A stretch of 63,981 bases of DNA, filler included, from Blastocystis sp. subtype 4 (Eukaryota): assembly GCF_000743755.1 (NCBI RefSeq). It is 12 parts of 12 records of this genome, joined end to end, with 100 filler letters (N's around TTAATTAATTAA, not from the genome) between each part and the next. Parts side by side here need not be neighbours in the genome. Positions count along the whole stretch, not along the records: positions 38,179 to 43,402 come from NW_014569074.1; positions 43,503 to 48,731 come from NW_014569073.1; positions 48,832 to 54,040 come from NW_014569072.1; 9 more parts are not named here. One strand, written 5' to 3'. This document shows, in pieces, positions 40,377-54,040 of the stretch. Every line of letters begins with the position of its first letter. The first letter of the stretch is position 1. The notes beneath the pieces are model-generated. The model saw only the letters and a list, made by a program, of their open reading frames with translations. It was not told the origin of the DNA and ran no database searches. The translations under genes were made by a program, and so were the position numbers.

Positions 40377-42092
40377 TTATTTGCTGCTGTATATCAAAAT
40401 TGTGATTCTCCGCTCTATCATTGAGTATGGAATCTCGCTCGAGTTTATTCTGATAGTCGCTAGCGGGGTGTCATATTGCCTGAAATAGGCCGTATTGCCT
40501 CCAGCCCCGGTATCTTCATGATTAACCTGGTATGTGAATGTGTGATGTTTGATTCCGGTATACGGCGGTGGTGTGCAATAAGGTTGTGCCTGTTTTTCTT
40601 TCTTAGTGTATGTGTTCAAACAATAACTAATTATGAATCTTAATACGTTTCCTTTCTGCTGATGAAAGCCCTTTCCGAAGTCGAACATTTACTCGTTCTC
40701 GGGATCGAGCCATAATCCTCCAAGTATAAGAGTCTCCGTCTATCCATTATTTGGTTCATCCACACCAACCGAAACGATAATCCGCATACATCAAAGCACC
40801 TTTGATTTTCTTGATGCTTTCAGTCCACTGGAAGTTCCAATCAGTGTCACTCTTTTTCCTCTTTCCCTTCGTATGCTCTTTATATCCGTCTAAACCCTGA
40901 TGAATCCCAACAACTCGATTCGTCACATCTACAAGACTTCCCTTCATCTTGAAGATGTAGGAAAGCAAATAGTTGTCGATGCGCATTCTTCCCACTACGA
41001 CAGGGTCCATCGCGTCATAAGTCACTGCTGCAGAGAAGATGAAGTAATCTGCACTGCGATAATCACGCTGATTCTTCAGTAACTGGACTTGATTAACAAT
41101 GTGATTCTCAAATGATTCCACTGAGGATGTATCAATGACACCAAGTCGAAAGATATCCCAAACAATAGAGGATATCTCATGCTAGACATATATATCTCAG
41201 CATAATACTACCTTTTGAGATATTACTCCCTTTTTCGCCAATTGATCACATGTTGAAAGAATTTCAAACAAATTTGGTGACACGATAATATCACTATTTA
41301 TATAACCGTAGTAATCCGCTTCCACAAGGATTTGAGTACGATTGTACATGTAGGAGGCAAGAGGCATTCCGTATTTATTGACACCATAGTTACCTTCGCT
41401 GTAGATTCCCATGGACGCACATATATCACTGAGGAGTTTTGAGTTTGTGTACACGAGTGCTCGGAAAGAGAAGGTTCGTTGAAATAGCTCAAACATTCGT
41501 AGTGTATTCTTTAAACTCTGTGACAGACTCTAAACGTAAAAGCGGGAATGAGGATTCCTCACCTTCTTACCAAAAAGTTCAACAGTAGTGAAAAAAACCA
41601 GTTGGTAGTGTTGATTAAATGGAAGAATCGAAGGAGCAAGTGTCCAACTATCAGCAGCTTGACTCTCGTGGACTTCAGGTTTGGGCGAATAACTAATAAT
41701 ATCTTCTACTTCACTTTCAGTTGATTCCACAACCGGTTTGGTTGTTATTTGTATAAGTGTTGGAAAACTCAGTCGTTCTGTTGGAACAGAACCAACTAGA
41801 GGTACCCGAAGTGATGGAGTTGCTAAAACGGATTGTTCCTTACGCATCATTTCCTCGGGGACTTGCATAATATCGGTTGCTATCGGTATTACATTGTCAT
41901 CTTCCTCAATGTTCAATTCTTCTGGACTTACACCCATAAAGACGAATGTATCAGAATCGAAGCGCCTCCTAAAAGAATGAATGGATTGAATCAATGCATT
42001 CCGCGAATACAACTACATTCAACAATAGAAAAGGTAAGTACGACACTAATGAGACAGAAAACAGCTAAAAGAAAGAAATAGATATACTTCAT
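40377..42092 (-). CDS. Type II membrane protein, putative GT-A glycosyltransferase
   Basis: N-terminal anchor MKYIYFFLLAVFCLIS, Pro/Ser/Thr stem, YYGYINSDII, DYFIF, VGRMRIDNYL, VDVT..IHQ motifs. Confidence 0.6.
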
Positions 42093-42224
42093 TCATCAAT
42101 CAAAAGAAACTCTATTCTCGTATTGTATATATGCTTACAAAGAAAATCCCCTTTATGGGAGCCAAAAATCTAATTGGTTTCTTCCGGAATTTGGTTCTTT
42201 GTTTTGAGAACTGATTCGAGATAT

Positions 42225-43402
42225 ATGGAAGGTGTACAAGACAGTACAGAACTCTTATCCGCATTCCTTAAGTTGGATGTGAATGTTTTACAGGGTGAGA
42301 ATAGACCTTCTAAGTCATCGAATAGATTCAAACGGTCTCGAAAAAGTGGAAACGATCCTCAGTGATATTATTCAAGTGTTTTCAGCGTATTCTGAAGGAC
42401 AACGAGTCTTATTTGCAAACCAATTCATTTCTATTGTTATGTGGAATCCTAATAGCACACAATTCAACTCTTTAATCCAAGTATAGACATAAACAGTATT
42501 CTAAAGTCTAGTATTTCTTTGACATGTCCTATCTTTATGGTTCTATTGCCTGTCGACGAACAATGCTTTTGATTATGATTCGGATAAAGGATGTTATTCC
42601 AGGAATTGTGCAAGAATCATTGAAATCGCAGGTTTCTGTTCTCAACGAACCCATTACTTCTCCCAAGGAGAAAGAACTCTTGTTGCGCCTTTTTCTGAGT
42701 TCTCTCTCCTCTGAATCTGTTTTAAAAGAGATTCACAATACATCCGGGACGTCAGGAACACCGATACTTCAAAACCTTCGACATGTTTCTGTTGAGAGCC
42801 TTCTAAATGACTATATTCGGATTCAAAATGGTCTTTTGGATGTTCAAAACCTTGAGATGTTACAATCGGTTGTGAATCTTATTGTTCGGATCGCTTTGGA
42901 ATCTTCTCCCTTTTTCCAGACAGAAATTATCGAACAAATGCTAGATCGATCCTTTCATAAGAGTACAGATCAGAGTTGTATCCTTCTATCGGGTGTTAAT
43001 TCCATTCTTCAGTAGTCATTGATTCTATTAATGACAATCAGAAATGCATACTACATTCTCACAATCCGAGAGATTGATCAATTGATAAAATGTTATTCAG
43101 ATGATGTGTTAAAGTAAAGAGTATCTTTCTGTTTAATCATATAGAAACTCTATAGTAGTGATATTCTATTCTTCAGTACTTCCTTCTTTTGATATAGTAA
43201 GAAAGATTACTGAGAGCTGTTTAGGAGTTGATCCAAAGAGGTTAGTAGTGTATTCTAAGGTTGAAGTCTAGAATGAAGTGGATCACATTAGATGCTTGAT
43301 TTGTGTTTTTGAGATATTGATTGTTCTCAACAAACAGACAACAACATAACTGACAAATCCAGATCTCGAAGATTATCCACATATTCTGATTGTTTGAAGA
43401 TG
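42225..43402 (+). CDS. Hypothetical leucine-rich helical protein (3' truncated)
   Basis: Exon chain with ~30-nt introns. No family recognised. Confidence 0.45.
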
Positions 43403-43502
43403 NNNNNNNNNNNNNNNNNNNNNNNNNNNNNNNNNNNNNNNNNNNNTTAATTAATTAANNNNNNNNNNNNNNNNNNNNNNNNNNNNNNNNNNNNNNNNNN
43501 NN

Positions 43503-46500
43503 GACAGTATTCCAATCACTTGACACATCACTCTGTATCACCTTCCAATCTGTGTATTCAATTTGGAAAGGGAAATATGTTGAGAACACAGTGGTCACAG
43601 TAGAGGGCTTGGTATCTGATTCGGGTACTTCATTGATGTCCAACTCCATCTCTCCCAAATCCACAGTTAGAGTGTAACCAGAATTGTAATTCCATCCATC
43701 TCCCCAGGCATCAAGTGCCTGGAATGTATACAATCCATGTTCCAAACAGAAATCGAGATAATAATAGGAATTAGAAAGTGGGAAGAATGAAACCGACAGT
43801 ATGGGAGTACCTGATAATGATCGACCACTAAACAGTTTCCATGAATTCTCTGTTGGGAAATCATCAGCTCGAATACGAATCGTCATAAGATTCCTTCCAC
43901 CACTACAGACCTCAACAGAGAGAGTAAGAATGGAGGTAACTTCATTTCCATACACTGGATTGGCTACGATGGTGAACTGAGTTGAAGGAAGGAGAACAGT
44001 GGGAGTTCCTGAGATCCAACCACTCTCAGGATCAATAATGATTCCTTCAGGTAATGAGGGAGTGATTCGGAAGTTTCCATATCCACGGGAATCTGGTATT
44101 ATTTCAGACATTTCAATATCTCGAAAAACAACAACAGATTCAGGGTAATTCAGAGGTTGCAACTCTGCCATCAAATTTTCTGTGTACAGATTCAGTGATT
44201 GGACAAGCCAAGAACACTGAGAATCACCAGTACCAAAGTTTTCAAATTTAAATTGATTGTAAGGAATGGTATTTGAAGTATAAATACGTCGTTTCTGACC
44301 AGCCATAGAATATGACAAATTTGACACTTCTTTTATTAGGATCCATCCTTCATCAATTGAATTACGACCATATAACTTAAACTGACGAGGATTCTTATGA
44401 TTGGTTTGATAATCATTCTGAATTTGAATGGAACTGATCCATTCTCTTCGATCATCAGCCATCGTAATTACTAATTCATTACTTCCACATTCTCCTTCGA
44501 TTGAATAACGATAATCCATACTAAAAGGAGATGAAGCTGATCCATCGATATTACTCACGGTACCTGTGAATTCCCAGATATGAGATTCAGGCTCATTTGT
44601 CATCAGTCGAACTGTTGCATCAAAGAGAGATGCAGTATGGGAAGTAGGAGAAATAGCAACAATGGCAATAGCAATTGTATTCACTCCCTGTTGGAGATAG
44701 TTTATGGCTTGCTGTGATGAATCTGAGAAACAACGACCTGGAAGAGTCACTACTCGATACTTAAGCTCAGAATAACTATTCTCAGCAGTGGATGAAGTGG
44801 ACAAATCTCCAATCACTCCATTTCTCCATGCTTCATTTCCATTCAAATACACAATCACTCCATATCTGTATCGAATCGATACAATCAATCCAGACACTTC
44901 ATTCAATGAGGCAATGTTGAATGTCTTCTTGTACAACTGAATCTGATTACTGGAAGCAGGGAATGATCCTCTAGCAGCCTGAGACCAACCTGATGTATCA
45001 TCACCAAACCAATTGGTAGGCACTTCACCCATCTTATAATACCATTGTTCTGAATCATGACGACGTAGATAGAAAACATGATCATTATTCTGATTTGCAT
45101 CATATCGACCCTTTAATAGCATTTCTTCTGTTCCTTCAGGTAGCAATCCATATATATACAAGAACGAATTCACGACCCACGCATTATTTGAACTATACAA
45201 TGTCACATCAAATCGATCAGCCATCACACACAAATAATAATGCCAATCTGTATACATAGGGAGAGTCTGACCCAATGGTACATCAAGAAGAATTTCATCA
45301 TTAGCTGTGTTTCGAATACGGAATGCCTCATATTCTGTGTTAAAACGATATGCTCTTAGAATATGAATCATTGTACCACTACAGTCAGTAAAGGTAAGAG
45401 TAACAGTGCCTTGAATAGAAGCACTACCAGTACTAGCAGTAATCGTATACGTTGTTTGAGGACTAGCTTCAAGAGATGACCCAGAGATATAACAGTCAGT
45501 ATCCAAAGTAAGACCCGTAGGAAGAGATGGACTAATCTGACAATTCTGCAAGCCAAAGACAGATGATGATAAACCAATAGAATCATATCTACTCAGAAAT
45601 GAATATGATGATTCAGGATAAGTGATTGAGGTTGGTGGAGGGATGTTACATACAAGGAATTGGAATTCGTAAATCTCAACTCTGGTACTGGATGTACCAG
45701 AGACAGTAATCTTATACGATGAATACCGATCAGGAGTTACTAGAGTTGAAAACTGTTTCCAGGTTTTGCTGGAATATGATATACTTCTCGCATTCAACAA
45801 TGGTGAATACGATGAAGAAGGCGTTGAAGCCCCTTCAACAGTAAATTCACGTGGAGCTGATTGAGGATCAGTGTACGGATAAATACGGAATCCATTAACT
45901 AAAGGAACCACATTCCCAGAGAATGTTGTAGTGACATAGGCAGGAAGCTGATCTGCCGATACACTCGAATAGGAAGCTCGAGACCAACCAAACATATTAT
46001 TTGGAGAAGAGAAGGAAGTGGATGTACCTGTGATACTAACAGGAGATACATAACAGCGGTTCTCACTTGAGAGACCCTCACTGTAAGTAATGAATCCATC
46101 AAACTCGATAGTCTCCATATATCCTGCTTGGCGGAAATGAACTTCAACAGCTAAAAGACATTGTGACCCTTCAGCGATCGCTGAAGAACGAATAATCCCG
46201 CGGAATGCGAGATCGGTATACCCTCCACTAGCCAAGGTTTCACTATTCACATCTCCAGAAGGCATATTATCACGATAGACTTCAACTCCATTAAGATAAG
46301 CAATGATTCCATGCTTATATTTGAATTCAAGATCAATAGCAGCCATATCCGTCAGTCCATCAAAGGTCTTACGAAAGTATTGAGTTCCCGTGGAACTCGA
46401 CGTCGTAGAAGTCCCTAGAGTTACCGAGGTCCAGGCCTCATCACTGAACGTAGGTTGCATCCAGTTGCCTGAAGCACCATTCGTAAACTTCCATACAGAA

Positions 46501-46914
46501 TTCACATGGATTGGAGAATAAAGCGAAAATGGAATAATCTCTTCAGAATTTTCAACCATTATCGCCTTAAGAACGACATTTCCATTTATACCAATGAGTT
46601 CGATCCATCCACCATTCTGCCATGAATCATTTCCCGAGTCAAGCATTTTAAGTGAATACTTTTGATGGAGAGAATCAGGAAGACAGGTTTCCAAAGTTCG
46701 TGTCTGGTAATTGGCCAATGAGGGTGATGTATAGACTGAAGTATCTCCGGACATAATGACAAAAGACTCTTCAGACGCCCGATCCATAGTCTTTTTTATC
46801 ATTTTAAGGTACACCTCATTTTCTTCACATGTAGCACCACTAATGGTAATAATACCTATAACATCAGAAACAGAAGCTAGTACAACAAGCAAAAAGGAAC
46901 ACAATACAGTTCAT
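43503..46914 (-). CDS. Large modular secreted/surface protein, paralog C (3' truncated)
   Basis: ATG 46914 gives MNCIVFLFAC, then a 28-nt intron and a >1100-aa frame with at least two tandem copies of the module set seen in paralogs A and B. Confidence 0.87.
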
Positions 46915-47204
46915 AGAGGAAACTGTTTCGACCACTGTGTTACGGTCGTTTCATCCTTCGATTCTGATTGGCTCGATTCGAGGGATAATAATCAATGATC
47001 ACTTAACGGATTGAATAAAAACTACGGTTCTCTTTACCTAGAAGGATTGTGGAAGCAAAAACAATATCAAAACCATGAAGAACGCAGTTTTTGTAGCGAT
47101 AAAAAGTCTCGATGAAGATGCAAGGTTTGTTGAATTCTCGAGAGAGTAGTCAGTTAAGAGTATATGGAATCTAGATATAGTATATTATGGAAACACTTTC
47201 AGAA

Positions 47205-47288
47205 GCACGTTTGCCCGAGTGGTCTAAGGGGGTAGACTCAAGTTCTACTGTACAGGAGTACTCGTGGGTTCAAATCCCACAGCGTGCA
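47205..47288 (+). tRNA. tRNA-Leu (anticodon CAA)
   Basis: Acceptor stem GCACGTT/AGCGTGC, D arm CCGAGTGGTCTAAGG, anticodon arm GTAGA-CTCAAGT-TCTAC, long variable arm, T arm GTGGG-TTCAAAT-CCCAC, followed by a T-run. Confidence 0.95.
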
Positions 47289-48833
47289 TTTTTCTTTGAG
47301 TTTTTTATCATAATGAAGTTATCTAATATGGGTTCTTTTTGGTTACCACAATTGTTGGTACTTAAATGATGATCTAGTGCACAGTGGCTGATCTTTACTA
47401 ATCATCTTGTGAACTTGGGGAAATAGGGCGAATCACGGAGAGAGATTCCAGATGCATTATTCTTGACAATACATTGATCTGGATATCGTGAATGCTTATC
47501 CCAATTTCATGTATGCTATCACGAAAGGAATATTCGTTGGTGAATACATTATGAATAGAGATCAACATCTAATGGAAGTGATGGATAGTTGTCTTGTATT
47601 AAGTGACCTTGCTAAGCAACTGTTTTTATTGATTGGTTTGGTGGCAATTAACAAACATTGGTAAAGAGACCATATTAAGGATGTCCAATCATCTGTGTAT
47701 TCCACTGCATTGGAGTAATTGTATTGCTCATTGTGAACCATGCTTGTTGATCACATCTCTAGAATTGAAATAAGCATTGATAGCATCAATAGTAGCTTCA
47801 GTTTAAGCTTTGTGTATTGAAACAGACTATAGTACCACAGATCTTACCAATGTTCTTCCATGTCTAAGATTATCATTGTTCCGTTCAATGTGTCATTCAA
47901 TAGCATCCATAGATAGGAGACTGAAGAAGCACGATTCTTAGTACCAAATAGTTTTTAATCTAATTGTCTTGTTTCTATCCTTCATATTACCATCTACATT
48001 GGTATACTTATCCTCTGATATACTTTCTCCAAATACTTCTTTCAGATCTTTCTCAGAAATCATCATAGAATTGATACATAAGAACTACCATCGATTCTGA
48101 GCACACATTTCTTCTGAATAATACAAGGATTGATGATTCTTGAAGTTAGCTTTCCATTCTTCTCACTTAAGCAACAAATCTTCAGAATCATAGGAGCATA
48201 TTATTATACAATCCGTCAATATGATTGTCATCTGTATGTTTATTCCAGAATAATATGTGCTCCGTGTTTGTATTACTTACCACTATAATAAGGACTGATT
48301 GAATAGAATCATTCTCATACGTGTTCAGTGGTTAGTATAGTATGAGTTGATAATCAATGACTAGTCATAGTGGATTCTACAACACATTATCTAGTAATAC
48401 TCCATCACTACACCATTAACACAGTTTGTAATCAGAATCAAATAGTAATAGTATGGGATAATAATGAACTTAATAAGAATAGTGAATGATTAGATAATGA
48501 GAGATTGATGAATTGAATCGATTCCCATGAATCAGTTTTAGGTAAGAAATAAAAGCTAACTGTTACTTATTGGAATAGGATTAATAGTTGATAATAAGAA
48601 TATGAGTGTAGATAATGTTGAATCAATATCAGAGAAGATGAATGGAGTAGAGTGGAGAATGAAGTGGAAAGAGTACTTGAAAGAGAGTGTATTGAATGAT
48701 AATAAGAATTGTATGTTGAATTTGAATGTTGNNNNNNNNNNNNNNNNNNNNNNNNNNNNNNNNNNNNNNNNNNNNTTAATTAATTAANNNNNNNNNNNNN
48801 NNNNNNNNNNNNNNNNNNNNNNNNNNNNNNNAA

Positions 48834-48918
48834 CACACTGGTACTAACTCAACTCGTAATGACTTAGCTTCCTAGATCAGACGGGTTAGGGCGCTTTCCA
48901 CTAGATATGACCGTTCTT
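48834..48918 (-). rRNA. 5S rRNA, partial (runs into contig end)
   Basis: Reverse complement reads AAGAACGGTCATATCTAGTGGAAAGCGCCCTAACCCGTCTGATCTAGGAAGCTAAG...GTTAGTACCAGTGTG. Confidence 0.85.
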
Positions 48919-49774
48919 GTTTTCATTTCTATATCATTTCTTTTAAATGACATATTCTTACCCTCATATCATTTTCAATCCATCCTTAAGACAGTATGAA
49001 TGATGAGTTGTTAGATCATAGAATCAACTGTTATTCATGATTAACAGGAACGAATCAGTATGGATTTATCAAGTGATAATCATTCTAGAACTGTGATTCC
49101 AGTCTGAATTCACCTAGTTCCAAACGCACTTGATGATGGCGTTTCATCAGACCGAATCCACATCCTTCTCGATACAAGTGTAGAGTACTTGTTCTAGACA
49201 TTCTTTTGCATCGATACCAAAGAGCTTCTGGATTTCTTCATTGTAAACATTTTGTTCAAAGTCCATTTAATGATGACAGATTTCTTGCTAATAGATCCGA
49301 ATTCCAGATGATTATTATTTTCCTGTTTTGTTTCATTCTCCAATTCACAGTTTAGAATACTGGCAATCTTGCTTCCACAGCTAGAGAGCTTTTTTATTTC
49401 TTGATCAACAGTACAGTGAAGAAGCAATTTCATCAAAAGGAATCGTTTCTCAGAGTTCATTTCTCAATATTCACCAGTTTGCCCTTCTGTTGTTGCAAAC
49501 TAACAATCAGTCTAGTATTAGAACGAAGGGAGATATTGAGCATATGCAATGATCTATAAGAACACTCTTTTCTAGTCATGTCAATAGATAGTGAATATCA
49601 AGATAATGAGTAATGATTGATGGATATTCTCTATTACTTTTTATTGAGTATGAATCGAAACTAATAATCCACTATGTATCTCTTAATGACTTCATTATCA
49701 TCAAGCTACATATCTGATGGATTCATTGTGATACACATTCTGTTTCCAATACTTTGTGATCCGATGATTCTAGA

Positions 49775-49853
49775 CTTTTCAACAAACACATATTGAACAA
49801 TCCTCTAACTATGGATCCAGTTAACAGTTGTTTCTTTCTCATTTGGATCAATA
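49775..49853 (-). repeat. 79-bp repeat, inverted relative to 51492-51570
   Basis: tattgatccaaatgagaaagaaacaactgttaactggatccat is identical in both copies. Both include TGTTTGTT. Confidence 0.85.
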
Positions 49854-50281
49854 ATGATTCGTATGATAATCGTATAAGCTGAGATGAACAATATGACTTC
49901 ATTGAATTCGTTAATCACTTCAATACATTTCTGAAACAAGTCTATAAGTATATTACAGATCTATACTCATTCCAAAACTGTGTTTTGAAGGATCTATTTC
50001 GAATTGGACTGTCACACATAGAATCTATCTTCAGTAGTTGTTCATAGTACATTCTTCTATCTTCTTCATTGGGTTATTGATAATCTCACCAAAAACCTTG
50101 TTACTACGTTTCCACACTATTATCAATGCTTTCTTGACTACAGATGAATAACAATTCTTTTTAGAATGTACTCAATACAATATCTCTTTCTCATTCTATT
50201 CATTTCTCAGTTTCTCTTCATGGTGATTCTTATTCTTGACACTCATAATAGACTCACCTTCATTTATATCCTTCAAGAAAT

Positions 50282-51458
50282 GTGATTTCATTAACAATTA
50301 GAACAACAGAAAGGAGGAAATGGGATGGTTTCCATGAACTCTATGAAGAGTATGTTCAGTTCTATCACCATCTGAAGAAAGGTAAATGTTCCACTTCTTT
50401 CTTTCTCTATCCTTTGTCTCAAGGGTATTACTATATCAATGACGGATCTGCTTCTTTGAAAGAGAATCTGATACGAATATCTTCTAAGAAGAATTGTTCA
50501 TCATCTCTTATTAGTCGAAGGTATTCCAGGTACATGATTTCAAATACTACAGTATTGTGGTTCAACTCAATAATTGATAGAAGAGTCGAATTTCTCTGAA
50601 ACATGCATTGGTTATACCCATCATCAAGGAACAAAGTATCTATCATTATCTCGAGTTCTTTTCAATGATTCCAAACTACTATTCTCGATTATCTGATTAT
50701 CCTATTGTATCATTTCTATCAACTGATCATCAATAGCCAGAAGTCATCTGGTTCTATGCGAAAGCTACTGGGATGAGAGAAAGAGAATGGACTAATGAAA
50801 TGCTAAAGACATGTCTTCTTTCAATTCCAAAGGAGATTCGTCCTGTTGTTGTTTTGAATGAGAATTACTTTGATGAATCATCTGTTACTCTGATTGATTC
50901 TGTAAGATATCTTGTCACACTATTGATTAGATCATTGCACCATTGAATGATGATATGTTACATCCATTCAATTCAAGAAGGGCTTTGAATATGATTCGTA
51001 ATACTGCCTATAGTCGATTCAAACCAATCCCTTTTATTGATGTGATTATCAATGAAAGATTATCAAGATGCAGACACATTGTGAATCTGTTAGATCTATC
51101 AGGAGCTATTTCATCAATGAATTTGAGTCATCGAGTGATTCATTTTGAGAACATGACCTTTGCTGAACAAGTGTCTTCATTACGATTCACAAGAGTATTG
51201 GTCTCAATGCATGGAGCAGGATTATCCAATATCATCTTTCTTCAACCAGGAAGTACAGTGATAGAACTAATGCATCCATTGATGAGTGCTCCGTTCTATC
51301 GATTCTTATCTTATTATGCCTCTCTCAACTACATTCTCATCAAAGATGTGAAGCCTTTGAATGATTCCTGTGTTGAACTCAATCATTGGAGCCCTTATCT
51401 CTATTACAATCTTGATGTGAATGTGACTACCATTGTTGCAGCTATTCGTAACTTGTAA
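50282..51458 (+). CDS. Glycosyltransferase family 61 (DUF563) protein; 5' part unclear, possibly disrupted
   Basis: FENMTFAEQV...VLVSMHGAGLSNIIFLQPGSTVIEL signature. Confidence 0.75.
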
Positions 51459-51591
51459 TACTACATCAAAGAATGATGATTATTGAAAGAGTATTGATCC
51501 AAATGAGAAAGAAACAACTGTTAACTGGATCCATGGTTAGTGAATTGTTCGATGTATGTTTGTTGAAAAGGGTAGTGAAAGAAATGAAAAC

Positions 51592-51709
51592 AAGAACGGT
51601 CATATCTAATGGAAAGCGCCCTAACCCGTCTGATCTAGGAAACTAAATCATTAAGAGTTGAGTTAGTACCAGTGTGGGGGACCTGCTGAGAAGTCTTAAT
51701 GCTGTTCTT
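51592..51709 (+). rRNA. 5S rRNA gene (possibly variant/pseudogene)
   Basis: 118 nt with terminal helix AAGAACGGT/GCTGTTCTT, internal CCCGTCTGATCT and GTTAGTACC..TGGGGGACC, followed by a T-run. Confidence 0.88.
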
Positions 51710-52143
51710 TTCTCTTTATTCTTTCAATGTGGAATGATTCTTTGATCCTCATTCATCTGTTGAACTGAATGGTAGATGAAAGAAAGTGAATAGGTGTGAT
51801 TGAATTGGAAGAATGAAATTCAGTCCTACATGATCGAATGGAATGCTGGACAATTCAACTAAGAAGAATTCATTTCATTGGATTGTTTCATCAACTCCTT
51901 GTTTCCTCTCCATTTCTATTCATTGGTTGAAATGAGATTGATACAGACTCATCTAAGAGGACAGATTCAGACTTGAGTTCTGTGTTTCAGAAGAATGGTA
52001 ATGAGTTGATTGCAACACTAGAGTATTCAGTCATCAGAGTTAATCTTGTCATTTGCTCAAGAGTTCAGATTGTAAATGTACTAATGATTCCGCATTTGGT
52101 ATTCTGAGCAATTATTAAACAAAACAAAGTACATATCACAATT

Positions 52144-53307
52144 CTACAATTCCTTTCCCCGTTGAAAGAAATCGATAACAATCAAATCAACTGGAGAATA
52201 ACGATGAACAGCTGCATAGTTTCCATTCAACACTTCATTCAGTGGTAATTGATTCACACTAATATACTTCTTATCATTTACAATCAATACTCCATATCGA
52301 TCCATAATCTGTCCATAATAGGCATCATCAAGATAATGAATAGGTCGAACTGTTTCTGAACCCTTAACAATTGTTTGCAAAACATCCCTAGAAAGAATAC
52401 ACATACATCCAGATATGAATGGAGGAAAGAATGGCTGAGAATAGACACTTCGAGGTAAATAATACTTATGATTGGGATCTCGAAATGGTTTCGACCTTGG
52501 AAATACATGACCATAAGCAAAACTGCTTGGCATGGAAGAAATGATTTGATTCACAACAATATTCAAATTGACAAACATATCAGCATCAGTTCTCACATAA
52601 TACTTCATCGAACCACAATGATTGAGAACCCATTTATAGGACTCAAGTTGAAGGATTGTGAGATTTAAATACGTATCGGCAATATCAAATTGAATGATAT
52701 CATCATGAATAGAAGCTTCTTGTTGAAGAAATGAATTATCATTTGGATTGGATGTCATTCCTGAGTAGAAATAACACCGTACTCCTTTCACACCATGATT
52801 TGACTCTTTACACCAACTATTCCGAATTGCATAGCGTTCTGCAAACTGAAATGGAGCTGTAACAATTCCAACCACAAATTGAGTATCTCTACAGGACTGT
52901 GTTTCTATCAATACCTTTACTTGATCTGGAACTTGGAGATGAAGATCTTCTTCATTGTATTTGGTTGTCGCATATTTGCTCTCAATCCTGTTGTAGGACA
53001 AGCAATCACCATTATTCATTTCAAAACATCTCTTCTCTCTTGCTGAATACGATAACAACATTCCTTTCAATCTCTTGGAATAGACTTCAAATGATTTCTC
53101 CTTCTCATAAACTGGATATAGTTTCTTCCTCTCATCAGAGTAGATAAATGGATCCAACGAAACAGTTCGAGTGATTGGGAAAATGCTCCGATGAAGATGA
53201 AGAGTCCACATGGTCATTACCAATGGAGTATTCAAAGAAGAAAGAAAACTGCTGACCAAGAGAACTATCATGAATAACAGTTGGAATACTAGAGTGTAGA
53301 ACTCCAT
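52144..53307 (-). CDS. GT31 beta-1,3-galactosyltransferase-like, intronless
   Basis: N-terminal TM; ERYAIRNSW, DTYLNLT, VRTDADMFVN, FPPFISG, LDDAYYG. Confidence 0.9.
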   Translation of the reverse strand: MEFYTLVFQLLFMIVLLVSSFLSSLNTPLVMTMWTLHLHRSIFPITRTVSLDPFIYSDERKKLYPVYEKEKSFEVYSKRLKGMLLSYSAREKRCFEMNNGDCLSYNRIESKYATTKYNEEDLHLQVPDQVKVLIETQSCRDTQFVVGIVTAPFQFAERYAIRNSWCKESNHGVKGVRCYFYSGMTSNPNDNSFLQQEASIHDDIIQFDIADTYLNLTILQLESYKWVLNHCGSMKYYVRTDADMFVNLNIVVNQIISSMPSSFAYGHVFPRSKPFRDPNHKYYLPRSVYSQPFFPPFISGCMCILSRDVLQTIVKGSETVRPIHYLDDAYYGQIMDRYGVLIVNDKKYISVNQLPLNEVLNGNYAAVHRYSPVDLIVIDFFQRGKEL

Positions 53308-53581
53308 AATGATGTAAGGAGATTAGTTCTAGTTCAGAATAACTAATGTAGTAAACGTATTCTAAAGAGAATAGTAATTGAGTGATTGTTGATTATATCA
53401 ACTTGATCATTATCTACATTCAATATCTCAATCAATTCTATCAGTTTGTGAGAATCAATCGAATAGTCTATTCTATATGGAAAGAGAATGATTGTTGTAT
53501 CAGATTGATTCATTCAGTATTTGAATACATTCTTCCTTGATTGTTTGATAGAAAACAATAGAATCACATCATATCCACCAA

Positions 53582-54040
53582 ATGAATACTGATAGAGAAT
53601 ACAGAATTCATTTCGTTTATGATTCATCTTTCTTTGTCTCTTTATTGATTTCTATATCAATCTCTATCAAGAATCTATTGGAAATGAAGAATGGTCCCTC
53701 TATCAGAATCTTCACCTCCATGATATCCATTCTCGAATAGGTATTGATGAGATGATGAACCTGAAGAAGGAGAATAATGCTGTCTTCATCACAGTTGCCA
53801 CCTATGGATATCGAGAATTCACTCTTGACTTCTATCGATCCAACAGTCTTCAGAACTATTCATCCTTCTTTGTTGTTGTTCATGATACATTGTCCTATGA
53901 TGTGAGGATTTCTCTTTTCATTCATTCACAGTTCTTCACTTATCATCAGATTCCTGTTGCCTTGTTTTCTCAACAACAGAATCAAAAGCCTCTTGACTTC
54001 ATCAATCAAGGATCATCTTCATTCTATCTCATCTCACTCT
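53582..54040 (+). CDS. Putative nucleotide-diphospho-sugar transferase (GT77-like), 5' fragment
   Basis: N-terminal hydrophobic segment, then NAVFITVATYGYREFTLDFY...FFVVVHD. Confidence 0.45.

Noticed and set aside
47187..47369. 60-aa ORF
   Set aside because: Overlaps the tRNA-Leu gene; spurious.
47400..48731. Possible decayed coding sequence after the tRNA
   Set aside because: No sustained frame or recognisable motif.
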